Origin: an uncultured virus (IMG/VR IMGVR_UViG_3300024268_004105)
Lineage: Duplodnaviria; Heunggongvirae; Uroviricota; Caudoviricetes
Reading direction: 5' to 3' (one strand)
Virus record (IMG/VR): IMGVR_UViG_3300024268_004105
Length of the DNA stretch: 64,000 nucleotides
This document shows positions 19,436 through 29,512 of this stretch, piece by piece. The first letter of the stretch is position 1; the number at the start of each line of letters is the position of its first letter. The position numbers and the translations under genes are program-made. The notes beneath the pieces were generated by a model that had not been told where the DNA came from, searched no databases, and saw only the letters and a list, made by a program, of their open reading frames with translations.

Positions 19436-19852
19436 CTATTTGGAATTACCAAAAATGTATATCAGCTTATCTTTATACAAGAAGCCCCAGTTATATCTGT
19501 AATTATATAAACTATTTTCCTTGTTTGTCGGCTGATACATCAAATCTAAACGATTTTTTTTATGATATTTAACTTGCTGATGATCATCATTGTAATAATA
19601 TATACCACCATCATCTGATTCTTCTAAAATATTATAGCGTTTTGATGATGAAGGAGTATTATTCTTTGTACCTTGTGAAAATACAAAATTAAAAATAAAT
19701 ATTATAATCGCAAAGCATAGTACTAAACCAGCAATAATAAATAACCCCTTTCTTACACTTATTTTTTCACTCTTTCTTATGTTGATTCCAAATACTATAG
19801 CCAACACGCACATAATTGTTATTAACAAAATATTAAAAACTTCTATACTCAT
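19436..19852 (-). CDS. Two-TM membrane protein
   Basis: Two N-terminal hydrophobic helices; AAGGAG RBS. Confidence 0.65.
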   Translation of the reverse strand: MSIEVFNILLITIMCVLAIVFGINIRKSEKISVRKGLFIIAGLVLCFAIIIFIFNFVFSQGTKNNTPSSSKRYNILEESDDGGIYYYNDDHQQVKYHKKNRLDLMYQPTNKENSLYNYRYNWGFLYKDKLIYIFGNSK

Positions 19853-19864
19853 AATAAATTCTCC

Positions 19865-20797
19865 TTATATAGCTTTTTTCTTTTCTACCTCTTTATTTTT
19901 ACTTTCAATAGACATATCCTTGATTTTACTCTCAATCGAAGTAAAAATCTGATCTGATATTTGTTTTATTACATCCAAACTTTCTTTTAGTTCAGGAACT
20001 GATTTATCCTTGCTCCAACCAGCAATATATCCAAAAGAATAATCTGATGTATCATAACCTAAAGCTTGTGTTACCCAATACGCTACAGACTCTGCCTGTA
20101 CCTCTTTTGTATTTCTATCTTTTGTTGTGTCCAAATCCTTATTACCATGGTTAAGCGAAGCATGTGCAATTTCATGAATAATAGTTTTAACAGTATGAAG
20201 CTCAGAAAGTTCCTGATCAATTACTATTCTTTCTTCTATTGCAGAATAATATCCATTAGCACTTCCATTAATTTTTTCAAATGTAATTGGAACCGGACTT
20301 ATTTCCACCAAAACTTTTTTCATCTCATCATAAGATTCAACTACATCTTCTAATTCACTTGTAAGTTTAGGTATTGGCTCTCCACTTGTTTGTGAAACGT
20401 CAAATACGTACGTCGGACGAAAAGTAATGAATTCTTTTTCCACAGAAATATCTGATTTATCTACATGTTTACTTAAATCTTTGTCATCATCTAATAACTC
20501 TGCAGAAACATTATATTTAACTTTAATTGGTCTATATATCATTATTCCGTGTTCGCCTCTATTTACAGATCTATTGAATTCTTTTTTCCATGTCTTATAG
20601 CCACATACCATAGTTGCTTCCGGGCATTGTGTCGCAATTAAAACACAATTATTAAAAGAATAATTATGAAGTTTTGACATTGACCTAATATAATCTTTAT
20701 ACTTTTCAGATGAAAATATTTCTTTAACACCTTCTTCTAACTTTTGCTGGATCTCTTCCATTTTTTTATCATGATGTTTCTTTTCTAATTCATTCAT
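19865..20797 (-). CDS. ardC: ArdC-like ssDNA-binding antirestriction protein with metallopeptidase domain
   Basis: YSFNNCVLI..Q.P.AT...GYKTW...R.V.RGE, VFDVSQT.G, HEIAH and EVQAES motifs. Confidence 0.8.
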   Translation of the reverse strand: MNELEKKHHDKKMEEIQQKLEEGVKEIFSSEKYKDYIRSMSKLHNYSFNNCVLIATQCPEATMVCGYKTWKKEFNRSVNRGEHGIMIYRPIKVKYNVSAELLDDDKDLSKHVDKSDISVEKEFITFRPTYVFDVSQTSGEPIPKLTSELEDVVESYDEMKKVLVEISPVPITFEKINGSANGYYSAIEERIVIDQELSELHTVKTIIHEIAHASLNHGNKDLDTTKDRNTKEVQAESVAYWVTQALGYDTSDYSFGYIAGWSKDKSVPELKESLDVIKQISDQIFTSIESKIKDMSIESKNKEVEKKKAI

Positions 20798-20820
20798 AAT
20801 TTTGCTCCTTCGTTAAAAAA

Positions 20821-20839
20821 GGGCGTATATAATACGCCC
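20821..20839 (-). terminator. Intrinsic terminator
   Basis: GGGCGTAT-ATA-ATACGCCC with U6 on the minus strand. Confidence 0.7.
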
Positions 20840-20859
20840 ATGTCATATCATTATTTCAC

Positions 20860-21678
20860 TTACGATTTAATTGGCGAATCTAATGATCTATCCTTATCTA
20901 ATAGCATTTCAATTTCTGGATTTACTTTCTTAGCCTCTTTAATAATTATATTCTTTGCAAGTAATTTGAAATCCTTTTCCTTTTCAACCTGCTCAGTAAA
21001 ATCATATCCATGGCCATCCTCTTTAAATTCCATATAGTCAATATATGTCTTTGTACCATCCTTCTTTTCTACGCAATAATTAGGGAAATTGACTACTGGA
21101 AATAGATTCCCATTATCATTTCTTTCTCTTAAGGCAACGACTACATCTTTACATACAAAACCACCAAATTCTACTGAGCCTGATGCCTTAATACTCTCAT
21201 GATCCCTTGCATATAATGTTGGCGTAATTCTATAAGCTCTACTCTTATTTTTATTTGCACTAATATAAGAATAACCATCTTCAGAATTATAAGCGTCCAT
21301 TAAACACTTATTTAGATCCTCTCGTGTTTCCTTTGTAATAGGAAATACTATGTTTTCATACTCGGGATGTCCTTCCTCATCAAGCTTTCCTGATTTAGTC
21401 TCACTATCATATGCTTGCTTTTGAGGCATAGCTACAAACATGCCTTTATCACTCTCAATTAACCTAATTCCATGTAATGTCACTGCATTAGATAGTGTCA
21501 CTGCAGCATATGCTTTTATCGCACTATCCTCATCATTAACTCTTTTAGTAATTACCGCATACATATAAGATGGATTAAGCTTCTTTTCTTTTGCTTGTTC
21601 ATTTGATTGTTTCACAACATTTACATGCCCAATAACTTCGTTTAGTTGCTCCATAAGTTCTTCTTTTGCTTGTTCCAT
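20860..21678 (-). CDS. Tandem SpoVG-domain nucleic-acid-binding protein
   Basis: KAYAAVTL...HGIRLIE..KGMFVAMP...YENIVFPITKETRE, plus a degenerate second repeat. Confidence 0.75.
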   Translation of the reverse strand: MEQAKEELMEQLNEVIGHVNVVKQSNEQAKEKKLNPSYMYAVITKRVNDEDSAIKAYAAVTLSNAVTLHGIRLIESDKGMFVAMPQKQAYDSETKSGKLDEEGHPEYENIVFPITKETREDLNKCLMDAYNSEDGYSYISANKNKSRAYRITPTLYARDHESIKASGSVEFGGFVCKDVVVALRERNDNGNLFPVVNFPNYCVEKKDGTKTYIDYMEFKEDGHGYDFTEQVEKEKDFKLLAKNIIIKEAKKVNPEIEMLLDKDRSLDSPIKS

Positions 21679-21730
21679 AGTTATTTCTCCTTTTCTATTT
21701 GACTTAATTGAAATAATCAACTATATTCAA

Positions 21731-21801
21731 ATTTTAGAAAAGGATGTTATAAAAAAAACAACTTATAATATGTAAATGAATAGAATTCACCTATTATAAA
21801 A
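21731..21801 (-). promoter_or_regulatory. Regulon promoter C
   Basis: Box at 21761, inverted box at 21792; -10 TAAAAT at 21731-21736. Confidence 0.65.
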
Positions 21802-21851
21802 ATATTAAAATAAATAATGGCCAACGGACATACATCCGTCAGCCATTACTA

Positions 21852-23870
21852 CTACTTATTTACACGTCCATAACAATAGAAGTGTTCTTTCCAATATGAA
21901 GTTTCATAACTTGAGATTACTACTGTTCTTTTCGAACTAGAACAATGTATCATATTACCATTTCCAACTACTATGCCTACATGCGATGTTTTCTGACCGC
22001 CCTTTCCACCATCTGTACTTGCAAACCAAATTAAATCGCCTGGCTTTGCTTGATCAGAATTTGTAAATGTACTACATACTCCAAGTAATGGATCAGTAGT
22101 CAAATAACCTATATCAGGCCTTAAACCTGAATTAATTAGCACATATGATACGAATCCACTACAATCCATTCTAGGATAATTGCTTGGACCACCACCCCAT
22201 GTATATGTGACAACATCCATACAAGGTAATGCTACATTCATCATTGAAGCAAAATCTGAATCACTTAACGCAGCCTGATCAATATTATAACTAGATACAT
22301 CTCCATTAAAACCAGCTGTGCTTCCAATAGGAATATCTTCCATCATATTCATAAAATAAATAACTAAATCATCATAATTTGAACCATAACGATTAATCCA
22401 TTCCTTTTTATCAATACGATATACTGTCATTATTTGGTAATCAACTTCTTTTGTTTTTTCAACAGATATTACATCTTTTTGAATATGATTCACTTGATAT
22501 ACATTACTATATCCATATGTATCATTAGCGTATTTTACCAATTGATATGCATTTTTTATACTACATTTCAAATCATTGGCTTCCATACTATCTGCTGTAA
22601 TGTATTGTCCAAATATATTTTTAAGATATCTTTCAGAATCAAGATTATATAAGTATACTTTGTTCAAATCCTTTCCACCAGAAGTAGAAAATGGTCTTGT
22701 AAATATAACATTTGATGCATATATTGAAGAAGTTTCATGTACCTCGTCTTCAAAATATGTTACTGTCTTTCTTGCATCATTTACACTCGTATAATTATAT
22801 TGTTCAAATAGTGTAGATAAAAGCTTCTTCTCTTCATCAGTATCTACTATCAGCATTTCATCTACAGCACCAGCTATATTATTAGAATCAGAAGAATAAA
22901 TCTTTGCACACATAATTGATAAATACGTAGAAACTATATCATAATAATTATTTGCACAATTCTTACTATCATTTATTACCTCATTGTATTCATTTTGATT
23001 CATAAAATATGTAGCATCACCATTAAATAATTCATTTTTTTCTTCTAAAACATTAACAATATAATTAGGATTTGATGTCATTTCTGGAGAATTAAATAAT
23101 CCCATATATTGCCCCAATGGTGTAAAACATACAAGTATGATTACCACTCCTATTATAGTTATAATGATAATTGAATATAAAAGGAGCAATAAAACCAAAA
23201 AAGCAGCTGCAAATTTTATTATTATGGTTTTAAGCTTTTCAACTAGTGAACTACCATCATCATAATCATCTTTAGGAGCAGTTTGATTTTGTGAAAGTGA
23301 AGATAACTTATCAAAAAAAGGAATCCTTTTCGTTAACTTGTTCGTCAAAAAACTGCTATTACCATTCAAATTATCACTATTTAACTGTAAATGTTTTGCT
23401 GAACTTTTAAGTTTTTTTGCCGGAAGATTTACAGCTTTTGCACCTGTATCAACTGCTTTTGTCGCAACATTAGTATCCATTGCTACATCTTTTGCACTGG
23501 ATGCAGCTTTTTTTGTTCCTTCTGCAGATTTTTTTACAGCTTTTGCGGCATTATTTCCTGCCTTATTAGTATTTTTAGGATTAACTACCCCTAATTTGTT
23601 TGGATCTACACTTTTATTAAAAGGATTATTGTTATTAACAAATCCAACTTTTATATTACTTGATTTACCAGACTTGCTTTTAGAATAATTTGAAATATAA
23701 TTATTAAGCTTCGCATTTTTAGATTCAATAGAATCTTTATTAGAGCCATTAGATATATTAAATCTATTAGATATTTTTTCAGAAGTAACATTTGTTTCAA
23801 TCACTTTTCTATCAATATCAAATATATTTTCTTCATATATTCTTTTATCTAACTCTGGCAAACTACTCAT
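21852..23870 (-). CDS. Conjugation cell-wall hydrolase (VirB1-like) with NlpC/P60 domain
   Basis: YTWGG...DCSGFVSYV...PGDLI...HVGI...MIHC; central TM segment; follows virB4. Confidence 0.85.
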   Translation of the reverse strand: MSSLPELDKRIYEENIFDIDRKVIETNVTSEKISNRFNISNGSNKDSIESKNAKLNNYISNYSKSKSGKSSNIKVGFVNNNNPFNKSVDPNKLGVVNPKNTNKAGNNAAKAVKKSAEGTKKAASSAKDVAMDTNVATKAVDTGAKAVNLPAKKLKSSAKHLQLNSDNLNGNSSFLTNKLTKRIPFFDKLSSLSQNQTAPKDDYDDGSSLVEKLKTIIIKFAAAFLVLLLLLYSIIIITIIGVVIILVCFTPLGQYMGLFNSPEMTSNPNYIVNVLEEKNELFNGDATYFMNQNEYNEVINDSKNCANNYYDIVSTYLSIMCAKIYSSDSNNIAGAVDEMLIVDTDEEKKLLSTLFEQYNYTSVNDARKTVTYFEDEVHETSSIYASNVIFTRPFSTSGGKDLNKVYLYNLDSERYLKNIFGQYITADSMEANDLKCSIKNAYQLVKYANDTYGYSNVYQVNHIQKDVISVEKTKEVDYQIMTVYRIDKKEWINRYGSNYDDLVIYFMNMMEDIPIGSTAGFNGDVSSYNIDQAALSDSDFASMMNVALPCMDVVTYTWGGGPSNYPRMDCSGFVSYVLINSGLRPDIGYLTTDPLLGVCSTFTNSDQAKPGDLIWFASTDGGKGGQKTSHVGIVVGNGNMIHCSSSKRTVVISSYETSYWKEHFYCYGRVNK

Positions 23871-26285
23871 CTACTTATATCCTTTTGCTTTTTTCATTGC
23901 TATTTTTTCGTGTAAATTAGTATTATATATTGCATAAACAGGATTGTCTTTTTCTATAACATTATTAAAAGGAATAACGATGTTACCAAACCTAATTAAT
24001 CCTGTTCCTGGTTGTGCTAATGCTACATATCTCAATTGTGCATCACTTATATTAGGGAATGCTGTTTTTAGGGCTATTACATCAGGTTCAGCTTGCTTTA
24101 AGAAACATGTATATTCAGAATTACTTACAAGTGTTGATGTCATTGGGTCCTTTAATACTTCAACGACATTCTGTGTTATTCCAGTACAAAGACCACCTAG
24201 TTTTCTAACTTTTTTCCATAAAGAAATTAGATAATCTCTTGAATACTTTTTCCCTAATACTACATGGAATTCATCAATATAAAGCCATGTGGCTACACCT
24301 TTTTGAGAATTTTCAATAATTCTTTGCCTTATATTTTCAAGCATTACAAGCATGGCTACACCTGTAAGATTCTCACCAAGATCACGAAGTCCATATACAA
24401 TTACTCTATTATTGATATTTACATTAGATTGGTGGTTAAAAATGTTAAGTCCACCTTCTGTAAACAATTCAAGAGCAATAACAATGTCTCGTGATTCTTT
24501 TTCTTCTTGTTGCTTTAATATTTCAACAAAATCACTCATTATAGGCTGTTTTCTTTGAGAAATAGGTTTGCTTGCAATTCCATCAAAAAGAATTCTTATT
24601 GCTCTATCTACAAGTGTCTTATGAGCAGGCTTCATACCACCTTCCATTGCTTGATCAACAAGTCCAAGCATAAATTCTGATTTTTCTCGTACTTGACCAT
24701 CAGACATATCAACTTGTAACCGTTCAAGATCAACAACTAGGGGATTCATGTGATGCTTAGTTGCTGTAGAAAGATTAATAATCTGTCCATTGTATGCCTC
24801 TGCAACATCAAAATATTCCAATGTAGGATCTACCACAATAATGTCATCTTCAGTGTTAAGAAAAACTGAGCCAATTTCCATCTTACAACCAGTAAAAGAT
24901 TTTCCACCGCCTGGCACTCCGAATACAAATCCATTTCCATTAACAGATTTTTTGCGATTTGCAAAAATCGGTTCTTTAGAAATTTGATTTATCCCATAAT
25001 AAAATGGATGATCTGTTTGTTGAAGTTCTAATACATTAAATGGCATTAACGCTCCTGCAGAAGATGTAAAGAGCGAACGAAGCTTATTAACTTGTCTTAC
25101 ACCATAAGGAAGAATCGTATTAAGCGCCTCACGTTGTTGTGAAAAGTATGGAGCAATTTCTAGTGTTTCTTTTTCTGTAATTTGTTTTAATACATTTATA
25201 TTATTCTTAAGCTTCTCTTCATTTTCTGCACAAACAACAAATGAAACTCCTACCCAAAACATCTTCTGATCATCTTCTCTCATATGATCTAACATATCTT
25301 CTAATTCTTCTTTTTCCCTTCTTACTTTATAAGAAATATCAGAAGAATAGTTTCCAGTTCTATTTCTTTTATCTTGCTGCTTAACAATCTTGTTTTCTAT
25401 TCCTAATAGCTTATTTTCAAGCGTTTTATAAGTTATGTCTTGAGATACAGGAACAAAATCAATTGTAAAACATGATACAAAAGAATTATTTGTAAGATTT
25501 ATAAACAGATTATCCGTAAGCTTTCGAGGATAACTTGATGGCTCAATATAATAACAACTACCAACAAATCTATCTGTCTCAAAAGAATCAACTGAATTAT
25601 TAAAATCAATATAATTAGGTGCTATATAATCTTTATAATTACGACCATTAATTATCTCTTGATTTATATCAAGATTAAATATGTTTTCATCACCACAATG
25701 GTAGAAATTATATAAAAGTCTCAGTCTCTCATTTGTTGATAATGGAACTAAGTTGCTTCCAAGCGATACAAAATTAGAAATAAAATTACTTTCAAGAGTT
25801 GAAATTGATGCCTTTGCTTCTTCATAATTTTCCTTTTCTACACAAATAGTGAGGATTTTTACCTGTTCAACACCATTTTTCCCCTCAAAGATCTTATTTT
25901 CAATGATGTCATTATATGAATCGCGTAGCCAATCAAAATCATCATTGTGATGTTGGTATAAAATCTCATTTTCAATTAATTCCATGTTTCGATTTCTGTT
26001 AAATACAGTAATTTTAATATGAACATCAAAAGAATTAATTGTTTTATACCATTCCGAAAAAAATGATAATTGCTCATCAAACGTCTTCGGAGTATAATTA
26101 ACATCTACTAATTCATAAGATTTACTCCATTTATTTTTTCCAACCTTAAACAATCCATTGGGTGCTAGTTGCAATATTTCAATAATGTCCTGGGCAGACT
26201 TAGGATGCTCATTAATAAGACTTTCTGCCCTCTTTAGCTTTTCGAATTGTTTTCGACTTCCCAAAACTGTCTTTTTCTTCTTCAT
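23871..26285 (-). CDS. virB4: VirB4-like conjugation ATPase
   Basis: NGFVFGVPGGGKS Walker A; VVDP..EY; WLYIDEFH Walker B; RKLGG..TGITQN. Confidence 0.92.
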   Translation of the reverse strand: MKKKKTVLGSRKQFEKLKRAESLINEHPKSAQDIIEILQLAPNGLFKVGKNKWSKSYELVDVNYTPKTFDEQLSFFSEWYKTINSFDVHIKITVFNRNRNMELIENEILYQHHNDDFDWLRDSYNDIIENKIFEGKNGVEQVKILTICVEKENYEEAKASISTLESNFISNFVSLGSNLVPLSTNERLRLLYNFYHCGDENIFNLDINQEIINGRNYKDYIAPNYIDFNNSVDSFETDRFVGSCYYIEPSSYPRKLTDNLFINLTNNSFVSCFTIDFVPVSQDITYKTLENKLLGIENKIVKQQDKRNRTGNYSSDISYKVRREKEELEDMLDHMREDDQKMFWVGVSFVVCAENEEKLKNNINVLKQITEKETLEIAPYFSQQREALNTILPYGVRQVNKLRSLFTSSAGALMPFNVLELQQTDHPFYYGINQISKEPIFANRKKSVNGNGFVFGVPGGGKSFTGCKMEIGSVFLNTEDDIIVVDPTLEYFDVAEAYNGQIINLSTATKHHMNPLVVDLERLQVDMSDGQVREKSEFMLGLVDQAMEGGMKPAHKTLVDRAIRILFDGIASKPISQRKQPIMSDFVEILKQQEEKESRDIVIALELFTEGGLNIFNHQSNVNINNRVIVYGLRDLGENLTGVAMLVMLENIRQRIIENSQKGVATWLYIDEFHVVLGKKYSRDYLISLWKKVRKLGGLCTGITQNVVEVLKDPMTSTLVSNSEYTCFLKQAEPDVIALKTAFPNISDAQLRYVALAQPGTGLIRFGNIVIPFNNVIEKDNPVYAIYNTNLHEKIAMKKAKGYK

Positions 26286-26295
26286 ACTAACCTTT

Positions 26296-27423
26296 CTAAT
26301 TCATAAAATAATTCTTCAAAATATCCATATCATCTATATTTTTTTCATATGGTATCAGTAATTTACCCACCTCACTCGACTTAATAAGTGAATTTGCCTT
26401 AAAAGATTTATTTGATATTCCACAAATCACATTTATAAGATTCATACTGTTATAAAAAATCTTATCTACTGAAAAGCCTGCAGATTTAAGTAAATTCTTA
26501 AATGAATTAAAATTATCTTCTAATTCTTCCAAAGAATCCCCTTCTATCAAATAGAGCTTGGATATATAACAAAACTTACGTGAATCATTAAACTTTCCTT
26601 TTTTCTTCTTAAATTCTAGATATATATCATATAGTTCCTTATTATTTCGCTTTATCCTATTTACTAATCCGTTATATCCAACATACAATGAATTAAAGTT
26701 TCTTATCAGATTATAATCAGAGATAGGAGTCATTTCTGATATATTGAACTTAATATAATCTAATGACGATAAAATGCTTTCAAATTCATCATATTTATAT
26801 GGATAATTACTAATTGATGCAAATAAATAGTACTTATCTGTTATATCTGATCTAAACCAATAACTTTCATTATCAAGAATCATATTACCTTTGCTATCAT
26901 ATATAGATTTAAGAAAAACACTTATGTCTTTAAAAAACATAGATGCATCTATATCATCAATATCAAAAATTTCTTTTAAAAAACCTACATATTTCGTTAT
27001 TAAATCATTAAGTTCAATTTGATTTATAGTGATGTTGTTTTTCTGTGCAGAATATAGTAGATTCTTCTTTATCGTTTCAATTCTTTCATTTAACTCATTT
27101 AGATTGATGAGTTTGAATGAAATAACCATCATATGTGACTTTTTTTCTAGATCATTAATAAATCTAACCACACAATCCGATATACGTAAATCATTCATAA
27201 AATCATTTACTTCATCAATATTGTTAGACGAATAAGAGAAAGAAAAAGCAAGTGTAAAGCAATCATCATTATGCTCAATTAATCCATTGTCATAAATTTT
27301 TCTAACGCCTATATGTCTTTTTACAAAGTCTGGTGCAATATAGTAAGAACCAAACTTTGATTTACCCTTTTTGAACTTTTCCTTTTTGAAACTATCCTTC
27401 TTATTTTTTCTTAGCAAATCCAT
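26296..27423 (-). CDS. Protein resembling the VirB4 N-terminal region (no ATPase motifs)
   Basis: IGVRKIYDNGLIEH..CFTLAF parallels the VirB4 N-terminus IEILQLAPNGLFKV..WSKSY. Confidence 0.45.
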   Translation of the reverse strand: MDLLRKNKKDSFKKEKFKKGKSKFGSYYIAPDFVKRHIGVRKIYDNGLIEHNDDCFTLAFSFSYSSNNIDEVNDFMNDLRISDCVVRFINDLEKKSHMMVISFKLINLNELNERIETIKKNLLYSAQKNNITINQIELNDLITKYVGFLKEIFDIDDIDASMFFKDISVFLKSIYDSKGNMILDNESYWFRSDITDKYYLFASISNYPYKYDEFESILSSLDYIKFNISEMTPISDYNLIRNFNSLYVGYNGLVNRIKRNNKELYDIYLEFKKKKGKFNDSRKFCYISKLYLIEGDSLEELEDNFNSFKNLLKSAGFSVDKIFYNSMNLINVICGISNKSFKANSLIKSSEVGKLLIPYEKNIDDMDILKNYFMN

Positions 27424-27781
27424 TGATTATCCTCTTCTTTTTCTTATTTGTTTCTTCAATTCTTTCCAATTCTTCAAAATCAATGTAATCTCTAGAATTA
27501 GTATATGGAATCTTCTTTAATGAAAGTATCTTTTTAATACGTTGAAAAAATGACATTCCATCCTTTCGCCCAAAGCCTGCAACAATGATCGGTATTACAA
27601 AAAGCAAAGATAAATAACAACAAATCATTATGTGTAATCCACAAACAAAATAAAAGAATGCAACAGATCCTGCACCAACTAGAAAACCTGCAATTACAAA
27701 TAATGATTCTCTCGCATCAAATGATCCTATTACGGATTCTTTGTATTTTTCAATGTCATTATTAATATTTACACTTAACAT
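27401..27781 (-). CDS. prgI: PrgI family (VirB3-like) membrane protein
   Basis: I..DIEKYKES...F..R; two TMs; GF...DGM.F. Confidence 0.8.
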   Translation of the reverse strand: MLSVNINNDIEKYKESVIGSFDARESLFVIAGFLVGAGSVAFFYFVCGLHIMICCYLSLLFVIPIIVAGFGRKDGMSFFQRIKKILSLKKIPYTNSRDYIDFEELERIEETNKKKKRIINGFAKKK

Positions 27782-27791
27782 ACGATTCTCC

Positions 27792-28178
27792 TTAGATATA
27801 AATATGTTTATTACTTAGATAATTAACTGCTCTCAAGTCTGCTTTCAAATCACTTGACAAAAACATATCTCCGTCAACATTAATATTCTTAATTAGAAGT
27901 ACTAATTTTTCAGCTTCTACACCTCTTGTAATAAAATATTTGTTATTTTTCATAAGTCCTTCAACAAATACATTTTTCCCCCTTTTTAATGTTCTCATCA
28001 CATTTTTGGCAAACTCATTAAATGTTAAGCAATGAATCGTTGTAGTATTATCATGATCATTGTCATATACACATACATCAAAACCTAATACATTTAATGA
28101 TTTGGATTTTTCATCATCTTTAATTAACCTAAATCTGGGTTCATTTACTAATTCCCCATATATTTGAATACTCTGCAT
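27792..28178 (-). CDS. Divergent single-stranded DNA-binding protein (OB fold)
   Basis: IYGELVNEP...IHC..F...A...LKRG..VFVEG.M; start 28178 behind an RBS. Confidence 0.65.
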   Translation of the reverse strand: MQSIQIYGELVNEPRFRLIKDDEKSKSLNVLGFDVCVYDNDHDNTTTIHCLTFNEFAKNVMRTLKRGKNVFVEGLMKNNKYFITRGVEAEKLVLLIKNINVDGDMFLSSDLKADLRAVNYLSNKHIYI

Positions 28179-28192
28179 ATTGATTTCCTTTC

Positions 28193-29143
28193 CTAAAGTC
28201 CAAATACTTTTTGAGTTAAAGTGCTTGCTCCTTTTACCACACCACACGTTGTAACTGCAATTACAGTTCTTTCTAACATCCAATTTAATGTTGATTTCTC
28301 AATTTCTGACATTCCCGATATACTAAATTGAAATCCCAATGCATCAGGACTTGCAAATAATGTAGAACAAATCGTTATTGCAATAATCATAGTTAACGCT
28401 TCAAGAATTGTGCATAATGCATATTTCCAGAAAGCTATTGATGTCTGTTTTAACATATGATTTCCTGCAATTGTGGAATTGGCTAATGCTCCATATGGAA
28501 TTAATGATAGAAGTTTAATCATTCTGGCAAACGCTTGATAAATTATAATTATCCCAGTAGCCATTATTATCAGGCTAAATAGTGAAGAAAATAATAACAA
28601 TGACAACGAGTTTAATTGTACATTTGCGTATGAATTTTGTGAAATTGCCTGTGAAAGTGGTGCTGGTAGTGTATTCGCCACTCCCGATTCAGATATCGAA
28701 ACACCACTAATACTTATATTCAATCCCGACGTAGCATATCTAATAAGTCCAAAAAATGATTTTACAATTGTTAATGAACCTGAAACAAAAAATTCAGCAA
28801 TAAATAACTTACACATTCCACGAATAATTGTTTCTATCCTTAATTCGTGACGTGGATCCATTGATTCTTCACAAAATCCGATTAAAAAGAAAACAACTAC
28901 CAATGTAGATGCAATGCCAACAAACACACTGTTTACCGTATTAATTGTGCTCCATGCTGAAGAACTAAATGATTCAGGATCTTGTGTCAAGATTCCATAT
29001 GCCACTTTAATACATTGATTATATATGGCCATTCCAACTTCAAGATTGTTAGCAATTGATTGAAATATAGAGTTAGGTAAATTAGGCAGCAATTTTTCAA
29101 GTAAAGCTAGTAAACCTGATGCTGCTCCAGAACTAATAGGCAT
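28193..29143 (-). CDS. VirB6-like polytopic membrane protein
   Basis: Multiple TMs; position between the small pilin-like gene and prgI. Confidence 0.75.
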   Translation of the reverse strand: MPISSGAASGLLALLEKLLPNLPNSIFQSIANNLEVGMAIYNQCIKVAYGILTQDPESFSSSAWSTINTVNSVFVGIASTLVVVFFLIGFCEESMDPRHELRIETIIRGMCKLFIAEFFVSGSLTIVKSFFGLIRYATSGLNISISGVSISESGVANTLPAPLSQAISQNSYANVQLNSLSLLLFSSLFSLIIMATGIIIIYQAFARMIKLLSLIPYGALANSTIAGNHMLKQTSIAFWKYALCTILEALTMIIAITICSTLFASPDALGFQFSISGMSEIEKSTLNWMLERTVIAVTTCGVVKGASTLTQKVFGL

Positions 29144-29169
29144 AATAACTATCCTTTCTTATAATTAAA

Positions 29170-29388
29170 TTAACTTCCTAATCCAAGGAACGCTAATACC
29201 GCACCTATTGCAGCCATTATCGCACCACCAGCCATGCCTAATCCTGCAGTCTTCATTCCTTGTGAATCTCTTTCCTGAAGCGCTGAAGCAAAATCAAATA
29301 TATTTTTTGCTAGCACAATAATTCCAATAATTGATATTGCTCCCATAAACAATGTTTTTAAATTATTTAATCCTGTAATTACTTCCAT
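29170..29388 (-). CDS. Small two-TM conjugation protein (VirB2/Maff2-like)
   Basis: 72 aa; two hydrophobic helices; between virD4 and virB6. Confidence 0.65.
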   Translation of the reverse strand: MEVITGLNNLKTLFMGAISIIGIIVLAKNIFDFASALQERDSQGMKTAGLGMAGGAIMAAIGAVLAFLGLGS

Positions 29389-29430
29389 TTTTCTCTATCC
29401 TTTCTATTTGTTTTTTTGAATTACAAACAA

Positions 29431-29500
29431 ATAATAGGAAGAAAAAAGGCAAAAAAAATCACTTATAATAGGTAAAATAAGCGATTTTTCTATTATAAGT
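29431..29500 (-). promoter_or_regulatory. Regulon promoter D
   Basis: Box at 29461, exact inverted box at 29491; -10 TATTAT at 29431-29436. Confidence 0.7.
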
Positions 29501-29512
29501 GATTTTGTAATC

